A DNA stretch of 60,000 bases, from the NCBI GenBank assembly GCA_028534125.1, contig CM052817.1, forward strand, positions 17,548,001 through 17,608,000, in the 5' to 3' direction. Of the stretch, positions 22,719 through 35,050 are shown one piece after another (the stretch's first letter is position 1; each line of letters opens with the position of its first letter). Below the pieces are notes generated by a model, which saw only the letters and a list, made by a program, of their open reading frames with translations, was not told where the DNA came from and ran no database searches. This stretch comes from Lama glama (lineage: Eukaryota). The position numbers and the translations under genes were made by a program.

Positions 22719-22847
22719 TCATTTTTAAAAAAAAAATTTAGTTACTTTTTGAGTTTTATTAATGGAGGTACTAGGGATTGAACCCAGGCCCCCATGCATG
22801 CTGAGCACACACTCTACCACTGAGCTTGTAGCTCACCCCCACCCTCC
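22719..22847 (-). mobile_element. Vic-1-type tRNA-Ala-derived SINE
   Basis: AATGGAGGTACTAGGGATTGAACCCAGG..TGCATGCTGAGCACACACTCTACCACTGAGC. TSD AAACCAGCCTT (22708-22718 / 22848-22858). Confidence 0.92.
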
Positions 22848-23887
22848 AAACCAGCCTTCCAGATGCCATACTCACATCAGGAACTCCAAGAGAACAGAAG
22901 GTCTTCTCCATTTGGGATCCTACTCAAGATACTACACAGAGGTTCTCAGCTACCAGCCAAGCCCAAAGGCTGTCCCGCATCAGTACCTCATGCACACAGA
23001 GCGCAAGGAGGAAATGGGGACAAAAGAAAGGCAGAGCCTTTTCCTCTCTATTACCGAAGAGCAGCAGTAAAGGAATCATGTAACCCTTCATGTGATCCTT
23101 TGAAATATAAAAGTGAAGTCAGAAGTCAGGACGGCCAGAGCAGGAAACTCCAGGGAAGGGCAAGGAATTAAAAAGAAGAAAAAGGGGAAAGAGAAGAGGA
23201 AGGAGGAGAAGAACTCAGAATAGGGCTGTTGGAAAATGTGCCCTGACAATGGGGGCAGCCATATTGATGGGGATTAAGGTGCAAACGTAATTAACCTTAT
23301 GTTATTTTTATACAAGAAGCCAGAGGGATCACTAAGAAATGAGCTCATTATTTCTGGTTCTTGGCTGATTCTAGCTCTTGGGGGACACTCCCTTCTTCAG
23401 TCAGAGAGCTGTTTTTATGACAAAGGACTCACAGGCTTCTTCATTGCTACATTTTCTTTGAATCATGGTTGGCAATTAAGGGTTCACATTTGACTATTGA
23501 CCTTTGGGACTCCTCTGTGTATGCGAAGAATTCCCCCACCTGCTTTGTTCAGAATGTGGACGGGGAAGAAATAGTAACAACGGTAGATATTGCCTCTGTC
23601 TGGCTGGTATTGGGAAAGAAACATAGCAATCAATCAGCCACGGAGACAGTCACCAGGGCTGACATGGCAAACAGAAGTGTATCCTTGAGTCTTTGACAGA
23701 GGGAGTGGGGGTGGGGAATCTTACCTATCAGAGGTTAAAGACAACCTGTGACTCGAACACAGAATTGTGGAAATCGGCAAAAGAATGGAAGGTTTCAACA
23801 TAAAGTAAGAAAAAGAAAGAAGAAGGAATTCAAGTCAACAAAGATTTATGAAGCCTTAGGGGCTGGGCTGGATGACTCAGCATCATA

Positions 23888-24162
23888 ACAATAACAAGAA
23901 TAGTGCAGGTTTGCTGTCCTCCTTTCAGGGGCTGGGCACTGTTTTAAGTCTGTTTCATGTATTAACTCACTCAACCTGCATTACAAACCTGTAATGTTTA
24001 TAGCTGTTTGTATCTTCCTCACTCTAAGGATGCAGAAGCAAGGCAGCAAAAAGCTAAGTGCCTCCCCAGAATTATCCAGGTAGTAAGTGGTAGAGCCGGG
24101 ATGTAAACTCAGACAATATGTCTTCAGACTCTGGGCTTTAAATCACTGTATTATAGTGTCTC
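23888..24162 (-). mobile_element. Near full-length MIR
   Basis: GGGCACTGTTTTAAG..TTCATGTATTAACTCA...AGTAAGTGGTAGAGCCGGGATGTAAACTCAGACA...TAAATCACTG. Confidence 0.85.
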
Positions 24163-26865
24163 TTAAGGCACAATTTCTTTTTCTCAAGAAGGTTACAAGG
24201 AGATGGACTCACAAACAGATAATACCAATTTGTTTGAACAGAAGATAATAGATATGAGCAGGGTGTTTGGGAAGCCCTTCATCCAATCCAGGGTCAAGGA
24301 CTGCCTAGAGGAGGTGGGTTCTGACTAGGATCTTGAGGAGTGGGTAGGAAAAAGGTAGGGGAAGAAGCAGAGGGAAACCAACCAAGATAGCAGGAATAAA
24401 AAGGGTGTACATACAAGGAGCAATTGCAGTGCGGGATTAAGAGCAGTATAAAGCATGAGGAGGTGGGAGGGGAGAGACGATAGCTGGAAACGTAACATGT
24501 TAAAGGTATGTCATATACATCGTTTGAATGATCACAAGAGGGTCCAGCCAAGCATGGCTTTGTCAGCAATTTAAGGACTTTGGTGGCCATTGGAGGGATT
24601 AAGCAAAGAACTACTATCATATTAGAAAGATCACTTCAGCAATAGTAGTGAAGTGTTTTTTAAGAGGGAAGGGGGCAAGTTTATCTGTCTTCTCAAGCAG
24701 TTATTTATAGGGAGGCCTTATGTCAGAAACTGGTTGGAAAGTGGAAAAGTGTTGCCTTGATGTCACAATTTTCTTTTTAAAAGTCAGTCTATTAGTCCAA
24801 ACATAGTATCTACTTAGTTCTTTTCTTCCACAATTTAAACCATGACATCATCAGCCTGAGGAGGTTTAACATATGCCTGGCCAGGTTTCTTTTATTTCTT
24901 TTTCTTTCTTCCTTAATTCCTTTCTTCCTCCTTCTTCTCCTCTTCTTTCTTCTCTTACCTTACTTATTTCATCAAGTGGCTAAATTCTCCCCAAACCTTA
25001 CCTCATCTTCATTTCACTGCAGGAGTTAAAATGGAGACACGAGACCATGAAGGAAAATACTGCAATGAACCAGGCAAGAGATTCTTGGCCGATTAGGGCC
25101 TGAACTGGGAGATATTAGAAATGAAGAGGGCAGAATATTTGAAAAAGAACTAAGGATTAAAATGTATCAGCTATGTGTTCATGGGGAGCCAGGGTGGCAG
25201 CAGAGGAACCAGGTTGGATTCTGGATTCTGGCCTGGATGGCTACCATTTACTGAAACATGGAGAATAAGATGAGAAATATGTCTAGGAATGATGAGTTTT
25301 GTATAAGGCACATGTGGAAACATCCAACAGGAGGTAGATGGGTCTGAAACCAAGGGAGTGATGACTGAGCTGGAAATGTAAATTTTGAGCTTATTTGGCT
25401 AGAGGCTGTGATTGCTGGTTTCGAAGATGATCACCATCAGTTTTCTTCCCTCCCGGTATGCACATGCCACTCTCCCATCCACAAGAGGAGTTTGTTTTCC
25501 CTCCACTTGAATCTCATCTAGACTTGTAAATGCTTTGACCAGTAGAATGCTGTGGAAGAGGCATTCTGGGACTTCTGAGTTCAAGCGTCCTAAGGATAGG
25601 CAAAGTTTAGTTACTTCCTCTTGGAACATAACACGGGATGTAGCCGCCATGATAAGAGGAAGCCCAAGCTGTAAATCCACAGAATCATGATAATGAATGG
25701 TGGTGGTGGTTGTTTCAAGCCACTAGTTTTAAATGGCTTAATACATAGCAATAGAAGTAGAAACTGGCACCTGAAAGCAGAGCACAGCTATAACAGAAAC
25801 CTAATACAGATGACATTGGCTTTGGAATCTGGCAGCAGGCAGAAGTTGGGAGGGCTTTGAAAAGATATAAAGGCTGGAAGGGACGTGAGGAAATTTCTAT
25901 TGAAGATTGAAAATAAGGGACATGAGTTATGGATTTTAGAATAATTTGTGAAATGTTGCCTACAGCAACATGAAAAAGAGAAAGAGTACATAATAAATGT
26001 ATGGATCTTGCTAAGAAGACTTCCAGGTAGAGTGGCAGATTCCTTTAGCTGCCAATGATAAAATACAAGAGGAACAACATCAGCTATCAGCCTAAGAAGG
26101 AACTCTTCAGTTTTCAAGCAGAATATAGAGACAGTATTTCCAACGCAAACCTTGTTTGATGGAAAATTTTTAAATAATTTCATATTTGCAGCTTCTCTGG
26201 CAAACAAGAGATTCTCAAAGTAAGAAATGGTCACAGGGAAAAAAAATCAAATCCAGTGGCTTCTACTAAAACATAGCCTGCCAGTACAGATCAGATCAAG
26301 GGTGTGGTTACAGGACCCTTTGCTGACATTTCAGAAAGATTTAAAGTTATGCCTCATAAACTTCTCAGCTAGATAAAAGGGCTTCCTAGACCCTCTCAGT
26401 CAGACAGTAGAACATCTGAGAACCTTAACAGTTTTGCCCCACAGCACACTGACCTTGAGGGTCCTCTCTCAGAGAGGTTTGTAGATATGGTTTTTGTCCT
26501 TGACATGGATTATAATTTGATACACAGGGAGCCCACAACTTTTTAAAAAGGAATTGTATCAGCTTAAGCTCAACAAGCAGGGATCTATTAATCAGAGAAG
26601 AAATGTTTCATTGGAGAAAGAAAATGCACAAACTTTGGATTATAGATATAGAAGGTATGTTAAGGGACAGATAGTGGAAAATGAAAAAAAGGCCCCCAGA
26701 CTCTAACCTTCTTATGAACAGGAAGTAGGCTGAGAAAGGTACTCAGTAGCAATCACAGGGTATACTTACAGGAAATGAAAACAACTCAGAAGGTAAAGCC
26801 AAGATTTCAGAAGGAGAAGCCAAGAACCATGGAAAACCACTCACAAGGAACAGAAATGAACTCTT

Positions 26866-27202
26866 TTCTTGTTTTAGCTACCCATTTAACCTCTTTTATT
26901 ATCTCTACTTCTTTAATTCTTATTTTTTTAATTGAAGTGTAGTCAATTAATGTTAGTTTCAGGTGTACAGCAAAGTAATTCAGTTATATATATATATACA
27001 TATATATTTTTTTCCAAATTCTTTTCTATTACTGCTTATTACAAGAAACTGAATATAGTTCTCTGTGCTATACAATACGTCCTTGTTGTTTATCTGTTTT
27101 ATATATAGTAATGTGTATCTGTTAATCCCAAACTCCTAATCTATCCCTCCACCCCTTCTCCCCTGGTAACCACAGTTTGTTTTCTATGTCTGTGAGTCTA
27201 CG
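26866..27202 (-). mobile_element. 5'-truncated artiodactyl L1 3' end with 3' transduction
   Basis: TTTTTTTAATTGAAGTGTAGTC...TTCTATGTCTGTGAGTCT. Perfect 14-bp TSD AGAAATGAACTCTT (26852-26865 / 27203-27216). Confidence 0.92.
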
Positions 27203-27680
27203 AGAAATGAACTCTTAACCAAGGAACAGTCTCTACCCTTGGAGTCAGAGAAAATGTCCACATGTGCCCATTTGGATTTCAGAATTGCTGAGGAATGGGG
27301 TAGTTACGTGCCTTCTGTTCTAGCCATTTTTTGAGTGGGAACATTTACTGCTTTGTTCTGTCCTTTTTTCACAATTGTGTGTTAGCATGTAGGATAGGAT
27401 GCTTTTATGTCTCATAAATCTCCACACCCAAGATATCGCAGCTGAAAAGCAAAATTCAAGGAACAGACTACAGATGCTCTTTCTTCATTTATACCTGATT
27501 TAAATGATGATATTCTGGACTTCAAGCCAATGCCATAATGGAATGAGAATTTTAAGGAAGAGGCAAGTGCATTTTGCACACAGGAGTATTGTTAAATTGT
27601 GGTCAGAGAGTCAACCATGGTAAATAATCTCTAAATATGTCCACCATCAATTCCTTCTCTCTTTGAAGGTACAGGCTACT

Positions 27681-28134
27681 TGTTATAGCTGGAAAGTAGT
27701 TAGAATAGTGAAAACATTTTATTCAGGCTACCACCTTAGGGGGAAAAGAACCTCAATACAGACTCAGGCTCAATTCCGAATATGGCATGGGCAAGTGGGA
27801 ATTTACAGCCAAGGAACAGGGTGGGGTTGGTGGATAAAAAAATTATAACAAGGAAACATCAGGAGTAAGAGAGAATTCTGGCTAAACTGACCTGCAGGAT
27901 TCTTGCTGAAAACAAGCCAGGATGACCAGACATCGTCTGAGGGATAGTGGAAAATAAGGAACCCAATTAGACATTGAGGGTAATCAAGATATAGAGGATG
28001 GGAGATTCTGGCTAAACCAATTTAACAAGATTATTGTTAAAATTGGACAATGCAGATTAACACAAAGTCAGGTCTAGTTGAAAGAGGGCTCAGGGAGGTC
28101 TGAGTAGAATTTAGTCAATGAGAGATCTTCATCA
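27681..28134 (-). mobile_element. ERV1 solo LTR (MER31/MER67-like) inside the MLT1 3' LTR
   Basis: Minus strand TGATGAAGATCTCTCATTGACTAAATTCTACTCAGACCTCCCTGAGCCCTC...TATAACA. Perfect 4-bp TSD TACT (27677-27680 / 28135-28138). Confidence 0.85.
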
Positions 28135-29242
28135 TACTCTCCCATCAAGAAATGAAACTTATTTGCCCTGGGCTGGCCTTGTGAATGCCTTGGTCAATAA
28201 GATGCAGCAGAAAAAATATCTGGGATTTTTGAATCTCCATTTTAAGAGAACTGGCAGCTTCCAGCTCTTTCCTTTGGGAACACAGCCACCATCTGTAAGG
28301 AAGCTCAACAGCCATGAGGCAAGGACTCTATAGAAGAACACCCAGACCCTCAACAGTCAGCTCTAGTTGAGCTCCCAGTCAGTGGCCAACACCAAGTGCC
28401 AGCCATGTGAGTGAAGCCAATTTGGGACTATGATCCCCTCAGCATCCTAGCCAATACTACAAAAAGCAGAAGGAATCATTCAGTTAACCCACAGGACTGT
28501 GGCGATAATACTTTGTTGCTTTAAACCACCAAGTTTCAGGCAGTTTGTTGTAGCAACACGTAACCAAAACAGATAAAGGTTAAAACATTGAGCTTGGAGG
28601 AGATATCTCCAAGGGACCATGTGAAATAATAAAACAAGAACAACTCTGGGGAGAACAAAAATTTCAGGTGAGTAGAAGCTGCCCCCTAAAAAAGACTGAA
28701 AGGAAATGCTCAAAGAGACAGGAGGAGAGAAAGAAGATGGGGCCTCACAGAAAACAAGGGAGAACTACTTCAAGGCATAGGAAAAGGCCCACAGTGTCAA
28801 ATGTCACAGAAAGTTCTAGAAGGAAAAGAGAAGATGTGGAAATCTTCCATCAGCTTGGGTACGTGAAGTCATTGATGACCTTTGCCAAAGTGGTTTTAGC
28901 AAAGTGGTGGAAATAGAAGCTGAATGACACGGTTAAAGAGATTTCTAGCCAGGAAATTTTACTTAGTCAGAGGCAGTAAAAACGAGAGCAAACAACAGGT
29001 ACAGATATCTCTTGTAACCGAGTGTCTCCAAAGGAAGTAAGAGTAATAGGACATTTGGTAAATGAGGTCACAAGGTCAAGAGAAGTGTTAGACTAGCACA
29101 TTTATACTTTCCAGTCAAGCTCTAGGTTGCCTCAGCTTTTTACAAGTGGCCACCATGTTCAGACAGATGTGTGACTTCCGCTACTATGTTTGTCCACATG
29201 CCTCTGCTTGAAATCGGACAGAATCAAGCTTTAAGGACAGGT

Positions 29243-29402
29243 GGCACCACGTGGTGCAAGGAGCACTGTGCTGGGAGTTGTGACACTTAGTTTGCGCTAG
29301 CTGGCTGCAGCAAGTCAGCTTCCAGACTTCAGCTCCTGCTGCATATGATAAGCAAACTAGACGAGGACCTTGAAGGGCCTTCCAGTGTTAACATTCTATG
29401 AA
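29243..29402 (+). mobile_element. MIR3 fragment
   Basis: GAGCACTGTGCTGGGAG...CAAGTCA...CTAGACGAGGACCTTGAAGGGCCTTCCAGTGTTAACATTCTATGA. Confidence 0.6.
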
Positions 29403-30048
29403 AGTGATTCTATTCTCAAACATTTCTATGTGTGATTATTTTGCTTTGTTCTTGTTGTTTCCTGGAAACCCAGTGTGCTCATATGGGCTAAATCACCCAA
29501 CTTATTAAGCAAAATATTGCAGCTCGATGCCTTCACCTAAAACGCAATACAATACTCTCACTTCTAGCCCATATCCTATGAGTTGAAGCTTGGATATAAG
29601 GTCCTCAACAAAGGGTTTGATCCCTTCTGAGCTCCCCTGGGGCCAGGGTCACCCAGAGCAGGTCATTCTGGTTCTTGGTCACACCTACAGCAGAGAGATC
29701 TATGGCCATGCCCAGGGATACGCCTGGCCACCAAGTGAAAAGGGGAGGGTCGAGGGAGTTACCAAATACAGTTTATTTCCCAAAAGGATAAGTATTCCTC
29801 AATTTATATGGGCTGGGGAGACAGATCTCCATCACTTAAAGTATTGCAGAGATAAGGAGCACACCCCAGCCCTTCATTATCCCTGCCTCCTGAGGGTCAG
29901 CATTATCAAGCATCTTTTTGCATAGTTAATGTTCATTGGGCTATATTATTTCTGCAGGCAGCTTCTTTCTTTTCTATTTTGAATTTATATTTTCATCTTT
30001 ACTTTATGGGCTACCTTTGTTACCACGCACAGTTAAAGACAAAGCCAG

Positions 30049-30148
30049 CTACAATGGTAAACATATAACAATATATAAATGTATCAAATCAACACATTGT
30101 ACACCTGAAATTTACTTACTATATGTTAAATCTATTTCAATTTTTAAA
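30049..30148 (+). mobile_element. 100-bp L1 3'-terminal insertion
   Basis: ACAATATATAAATGTATCAAATCAACACATTGTACACC. TSD AAAGACAAAGCCAG (30035-30048) / AAAGATAAAGCCAG (30149-30162). Confidence 0.85.
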
Positions 30149-30737
30149 AAAGATAAAGCCAGTGGAAGGGTAAGCAGATTTTGTATATGTATTTAATGTA
30201 TTTAATTGGTATTACCATGCTTTCTTCTTGTAGAGGAAGAAAATAACTAGAAAGAGAAATCTTATTAAATCTCACAACCGCCACCCCAAATGCTAATATT
30301 TTTATATCAATATTATTAATATAACAAAAAGGAAACTATATTTGTGGCAGGAAAAGTCATTTCTTATTCCCCACTGGGTTCTAAAGAGGAAGACCCTCTG
30401 AGCATCCATACTAAGTAAGATGATGGATGTTTATTGTGCAAGTTGGGAGAAGGCTTTTGAGAGCCAGCTAGCATAATTTAAGGAAAAGGAAGAAGGAAGA
30501 GACAGAGTGGAGGGGGTAGAAAAAGAGAATTCTGGACAGGCCAGAAATGCTGGTGTCCACAAAGCTACAGGGTCTGTTTGAGGGAGACTGAGGACAACAG
30601 AGCATCTTAGCTGAAAAGAAACATTGTCGGAAGAACTGAGATGCTTAATGGAGACTTCTATTGTTGTGCCTTGTGCTGTGTGATACAATGTTCTCCACCA
30701 CGTATTTCTCTCTTGTGCCTTCACCAGCTTTTCCCTT

Positions 30738-30975
30738 AGTGTAGGGATTAAGAACCCAGATCCTGGAGCCAGACGCCACATTTCAGCTCCTGGGCCCACA
30801 CACACCATGGGCTGTGTGACTTTGGGTGATTTAATCTAACATTTTCATGCTTTGATTTCCTTATCTGTAAAACAAAAATAATAATAGCACCTACCTCATA
30901 AAGTTTTTGTGAGAATTAAATGTATTAATACACATAAAAGGCTTATAATTGGCCTGGCACACAGTTTACTACTAC
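30738..30975 (+). mobile_element. MIR SINE
   Basis: GGCTGTGTGACTTTGGG...TTTCCTTATCTGTAAAA...ATAATAGCACCTACCTCATA...GAGAATTAAATG...GCCTGGCACACAG. Confidence 0.9.
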
Positions 30976-31254
30976 CTACTAATACGTTCTGAAATTCAGC
31001 TTTTTTTGGTTTTGAGAGGATGTGACAAAGGGCTAAGTGCTATTTTATGGGAACAAGATGAAAGCAAAGACTGCTCCCAGGGACCAATCACATCTGATAT
31101 TTTCGTAATTTTTATTTTATTTATTTATTAATTATTACTATTATTATTATAATTATTTCAGATCTTCCTCTTAATGTGCACCCATGCCCACACATTTTGT
31201 TTATTACCTTTGCAGGTATTCATTATTTCTTAATTCAAGTTATTCTTTTAATTC

Positions 31255-32155
31255 AATTATTCTTTCATTCATTCAACATTTATTGAGCACTTAATACTTT
31301 CTACATGTCAAGTGCTGTTCCAGGTGCTGGAAAATAGTACAGTCAAGATCCCTGCTTCCATGGTGTTTATATTCTCAAGGGGAAGACAGACTATCACCAT
31401 GACAACAAAAACAAGTAAGACAATTTCTAGTACTGATACCTGCTGTGAGGATTGAGGAATTGACTAGAGGATTTGAAATTGACTTGGGGAGAGTCACTCC
31501 TTCAGAGAGGGTGTCAAAGAAAAGCTTTCTGAGGACATGAAGTTTGAGCTGAGAAGTAAATAATACAGAAGTGGCAGTCACAAAAAGGTGCTGGCCTGAA
31601 TGTTCCAAACAATGAAGGATGAAGTTCAAGGATGTCAAGACAGAAATGAGCCTGGTGTGTTTAAGCAATTGAAAGAAAACCAGAGGTCTAGAGACCACTG
31701 AGTGAGGGCAAGAGTGGAAGGACATGAGGTCAAAGAGGTGAAGAGGAGCTATATCTTCCAGAACTCCAGGTTTCTTGGAAAAGAATTATATGCTTTATTC
31801 TAAGTGCAAAGGGAAACCACTCCTCAAGGCTTTTAGACAGAGAAATTACAGAACCTAATTTACTATGTACAAGTAGATACTGACTGAACATCTATTTGCA
31901 GGGCACAGTGCAGTAGCCTTGGTGGAAGGTATCAAGATGAATTGAAAAAAGCCAGACCATCCTGGCTGTTGCATGGAGAATGGATTGTGGAAGGTCAAGA
32001 GAGGAGGCAGGAAGTCCATTTAGGAGAATTCTAGAAAAGAGTAGCAGGTAGTGGTTACAGTGGAGCTGGAGAAAAAAGCACAGATTTTGACTATATTTTG
32101 GCGCTAGAGCCAAAGACCCTTTTAATGACTTGTTCATGGATTCTGGTAGGGTGAG
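31255..32155 (-). mobile_element. L2a LINE 3' region
   Basis: TCATTCATTCAACATTTATTGAGCAC...TGTTCCAGGTGCTGG...GAGCCTGGTGTGTTTAAG...CTTTATTCTAAGTGCAAAGGGAAACCACT. Confidence 0.9.
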
Positions 32156-32194
32156 TAGAGCAATAGATGAATTAATAACAAAGAATACAGAATT

Positions 32195-32566
32195 CACAGA
32201 ATTAGTGCAGAAAAGTCACAAAATGAATACACAAATAATACAACAAACAACAACAAAACTTGGGAATGGAGGAGAATCTGATCTCCACAGTTGCCATATT
32301 ATATTATTTAAAATGTCCAGTTTCAACAAAAAATTACAAGACATGCAGAGAAACAAGAAAGTATGGCTCATACACAGGAAAAAAGTAGTCAGTAGAAATT
32401 GTCTCTGCAGAGCACAGGTGTTGGACTTCCTAGACCAAGACTTTAAATCAACTATTTTAAATATGTTCAAAGAACCAAAGGAAATCATGTTTAAAGGACT
32501 AAACAAATGTATGAGAACAATGTCTCCCAAATAGAAAATATCAATGAAGTGATAGAAATTACAAAA
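32195..32566 (+). mobile_element. Ancient L1 (L1M) 5'UTR/ORF1 N-terminal fragment
   Basis: AAAATGTCCAGTTTCAACAAAAAATTACAAGACATGCA...CTAGACCAAGACTTTAAATCAACTATTTTAAATATGTTCAAAGAA (DQDFKSTILNMFKE). Confidence 0.8.
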
Positions 32567-32721
32567 CATTTACAAGTTTAAACTAATATATCAAACATTA
32601 TTAAGCCTTTCAAAATCACAACTAAATAGGTTTAGTGATGTACTGTTTTACAATTTACTATGAGTTAAAATTCTCCCTTGAAGTTGTTTCTGTCTCATAT
32701 TGATCCTCCCTTTTTTCTATT

Positions 32722-33253
32722 TGTATTAGTTATCTATTGTATAGTAAATCATTCCACAACTTAGTTTCTAAAAACAGTAAATATTTATTATCTCACAGTT
32801 TGTGTGGGTCACGATTCCAGGTCAGGCTTAACTGGGGGCTTCTAACTCATGGTCTTTCACAGAATTGCAACCAAGATATCAGCTGAAGCTGCAATCATCT
32901 GAATGCTCAACTGGAGCAGGAGTCACTTCCAAGTTCACTCACGTGACTCTTGGCACGCCACAGGTCTTTGCTGGTTGTTGGCTAAAAAGATCAACTCCTC
33001 ACCACTGGGGCCTGTCCATAGGGTTGCTCACTGCATGAATGTCACTTCCCTTAGACTGAGGGATCTAAAAGAGAGAGCAAGAGACTATGTGCCCAAGAGG
33101 AAGCCACGGTCTTTCTATAGCCTAAAATTTTCATGATGACATCCAATTATTTCTACCATAGTCTATTTGTTAGAAGTGAGTTAGTAAATTCAAATTACAC
33201 TCAAGGGAAGGGGATTACACAAGGACACAAATACCAGGAGGTTGCCTACCACC
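32722..33253 (-). mobile_element. MaLR solo LTR (MLT1H-like)
   Basis: TGTATTAGTTATCTATTG...TATTATCTCACAGTTTGTGTGGGTCA...CAAGGGAAGGGGATTACACAAGG..AATACCAGGAGG. Confidence 0.85.
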
Positions 33254-34614
33254 CAATCCTAACCACTTTCAGTGGGTCGGACTCTCCTTAGTAACAAAGA
33301 GAAGCAGGAAAAGTAGTAACAGTAGCAAGTCACCACCACTGCTGCATGATTTGATTAAGAGGAATAGTTCCTGGTGTCCTCCATTCAGAAAGACCATCAC
33401 TGGAAAAAATGAGGCAATTTGACTTCACCCACGTTTGTCAAATTTATACTGCCTGTGACCAAGTCAGCAAGAAATTTACCAGGTCTTCATTACTCAAGAA
33501 GTTTCCAAGTCCACAGACTCAAGTATGATCATTTGCATTTGCACCATGAGATCTTTATAACCTCACCCTTTGTTCAGCACACAGATCTTCCTAAGCTCCT
33601 CAGCAAACTCTTTCCAAAATGGCATTATTTGTACACCCCTAATTACAGCCTCCTTCATTTATATATGACTTTTCTCATGATGATATTAATCCCATGAGGA
33701 GGCAGTACCAGGAATGCGCCATCTAGCTGAACTCCGACTGTGTTCTTGGCTCATCATACTCTTGCACAAATAAGAACGTGAACATTCCATAGCCTCCTCC
33801 TTCTCTCGTCCACTCTCCCACAACGTCTCATTGTTTGGCGCAAGTTACCCTGAATTCATGAACTTAACACATTCTATTTCTGTAATCTAAACTTTGTGCA
33901 CTTTCCTTCTCTAATGAAACATTTCTCTTCTGATTAATATTTCCCCAAACTCCGCGTGATGACATCTTCCCTGGAATGAGTACTTTCAGAAACATGAATT
34001 TCCAAGTTAGGTTAAAAGGTAAGTATCACAAAGTTCAATTCAAGTCACAAAAGAGCAATGAAGTAACTTCAGGTTAAACCAGATGATAACCAGAGAATGT
34101 TTTAAATTTATGCCCTAAATTCCCACAATATCGCTCACCTAATTCACAGCACTACTTCATTGAAAATGCTGGGCTATTCTAGAACCTAGATAATTAGAAC
34201 TAAATTTTAAACTGCTGAAAATTTTTTCTCTCTGATGTAAAGCAGCTCTCCACTCAGAGACTAAAAATTGGTAACTATAACTCAGATAAAATGCCATTCT
34301 CTTCCATCCATGCTCTGCATCCCACCTGAACCATCATTTCCCAACAGACTGCAGAATTCTCAACCTCTTGATCCTGGTGTTCCGTATTTTTTAAACTAGT
34401 ATCTCTGTGATTTTAGAAAGTTTAAAATCCCTACCAAACATTGCATTCCCATTCTTTAAAAAATCTACCCATGAGCTTCTAGAAAGATCAGCATGATGGA
34501 GTGGGTTTGAATCCTAATATTCCACTTACCACCTTGATCAAGTGTTTTGACCTTTCTGTATACCATAGTTAATAATTCTTAGCTCTGAGAGCTTTTTTCG
34601 TCTATGAGATAATC

Positions 34615-35050
34615 ATCACTCATTTAACAACTATTAATTGGACACCTCCTGAGTATAAGGCACAAGACTATAAGCTTGGCAGGATACAAAGATGAGTTAG
34701 AAAAAGATAATGCCCTTAAGAAGCTTAGGGTATAAATTAAAATCAATAAACTATGATTCAAGGTAGAAACAATAAAAACATCTTCAACCAGGTCCCAGGG
34801 CAAATGTCACCTCCTCCAAGAGGTCTTCCTGGGCACACTCCATTTAATGTGGGTCTTGTTCACTCTTCACCACTGTACTGGTTTTAGTCTCTGACAGCTC
34901 TCTCATTATCTGACATTATCATGGTTATTACTGTTAATTTACTAGATTTTGGTCAGTCTCTTCCTTGAACATGGGAGCACCATGGAAACAGAGGCTTCCT
35001 CTGTCCTATTCATCACTGTCAAACAATGCATCATAAATACCTGTGGAAGA
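34615..35050. mobile_element. Two opposed L2 3' fragments (- ~34615-34770; + ~34790-35050)
   Basis: TCACTCATTTAACAACTATT...GATACAAAGATGAGT..TGCCCTTAAGAAGCTTA, then AAATGTCACCTCCTCCAAGAGGTCTTCC...TATTCATCACTGT. Confidence 0.6.

Larger units (their letters stand above)
25407..28571 (+). mobile_element. Two-LTR MaLR provirus (MLT1H-like): 5' LTR ~25407-25757, internal ~25758-27615, 3' LTR ~27616-28571
   Basis: The two LTRs are similar (CACCATCAGTTTTCTTCCC / CACCATCAATTCCTTCTC; CTCTCCCATC; TTCAAGCCACTAG / TTAAACCACCAAG). The internal part begins GAAACTGGCACCTGAAAG..CATTGGCTTTGGAATCTGGCAGCAGGCAGAAG. Confidence 0.85.
23825..29090 (-). mobile_element. Long fragmented L2 (segments ~23825-23880, 24163-24650, 25040-25400, 28575-29090) hosting a MIR and an MLT1 provirus
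   Basis: Colinear antisense L2 motifs, e.g. GAGCTGGAAATGTAAATTTTGAG before the MLT1 and ACAGTGTCAAATGTCACAGA...GTCATTGATGACCTTTG after it. Confidence 0.7.

Noticed and set aside
24885..24965. Pyrimidine-rich tract (also AT-rich 31100-31160, purine-rich 23170-23215, (TAT)n near 59910)
   Set aside because: These are ordinary low-complexity simple repeats.
29244..29257. 14-bp palindrome GCACCACGTGGTGC (E-box)
   Set aside because: It is isolated, sits at the head of a MIR3 fragment, and is compatible with chance.
32130..32534. 134-aa ORF
   Set aside because: It is a degraded L1 5'UTR/ORF1 remnant, not a host gene.
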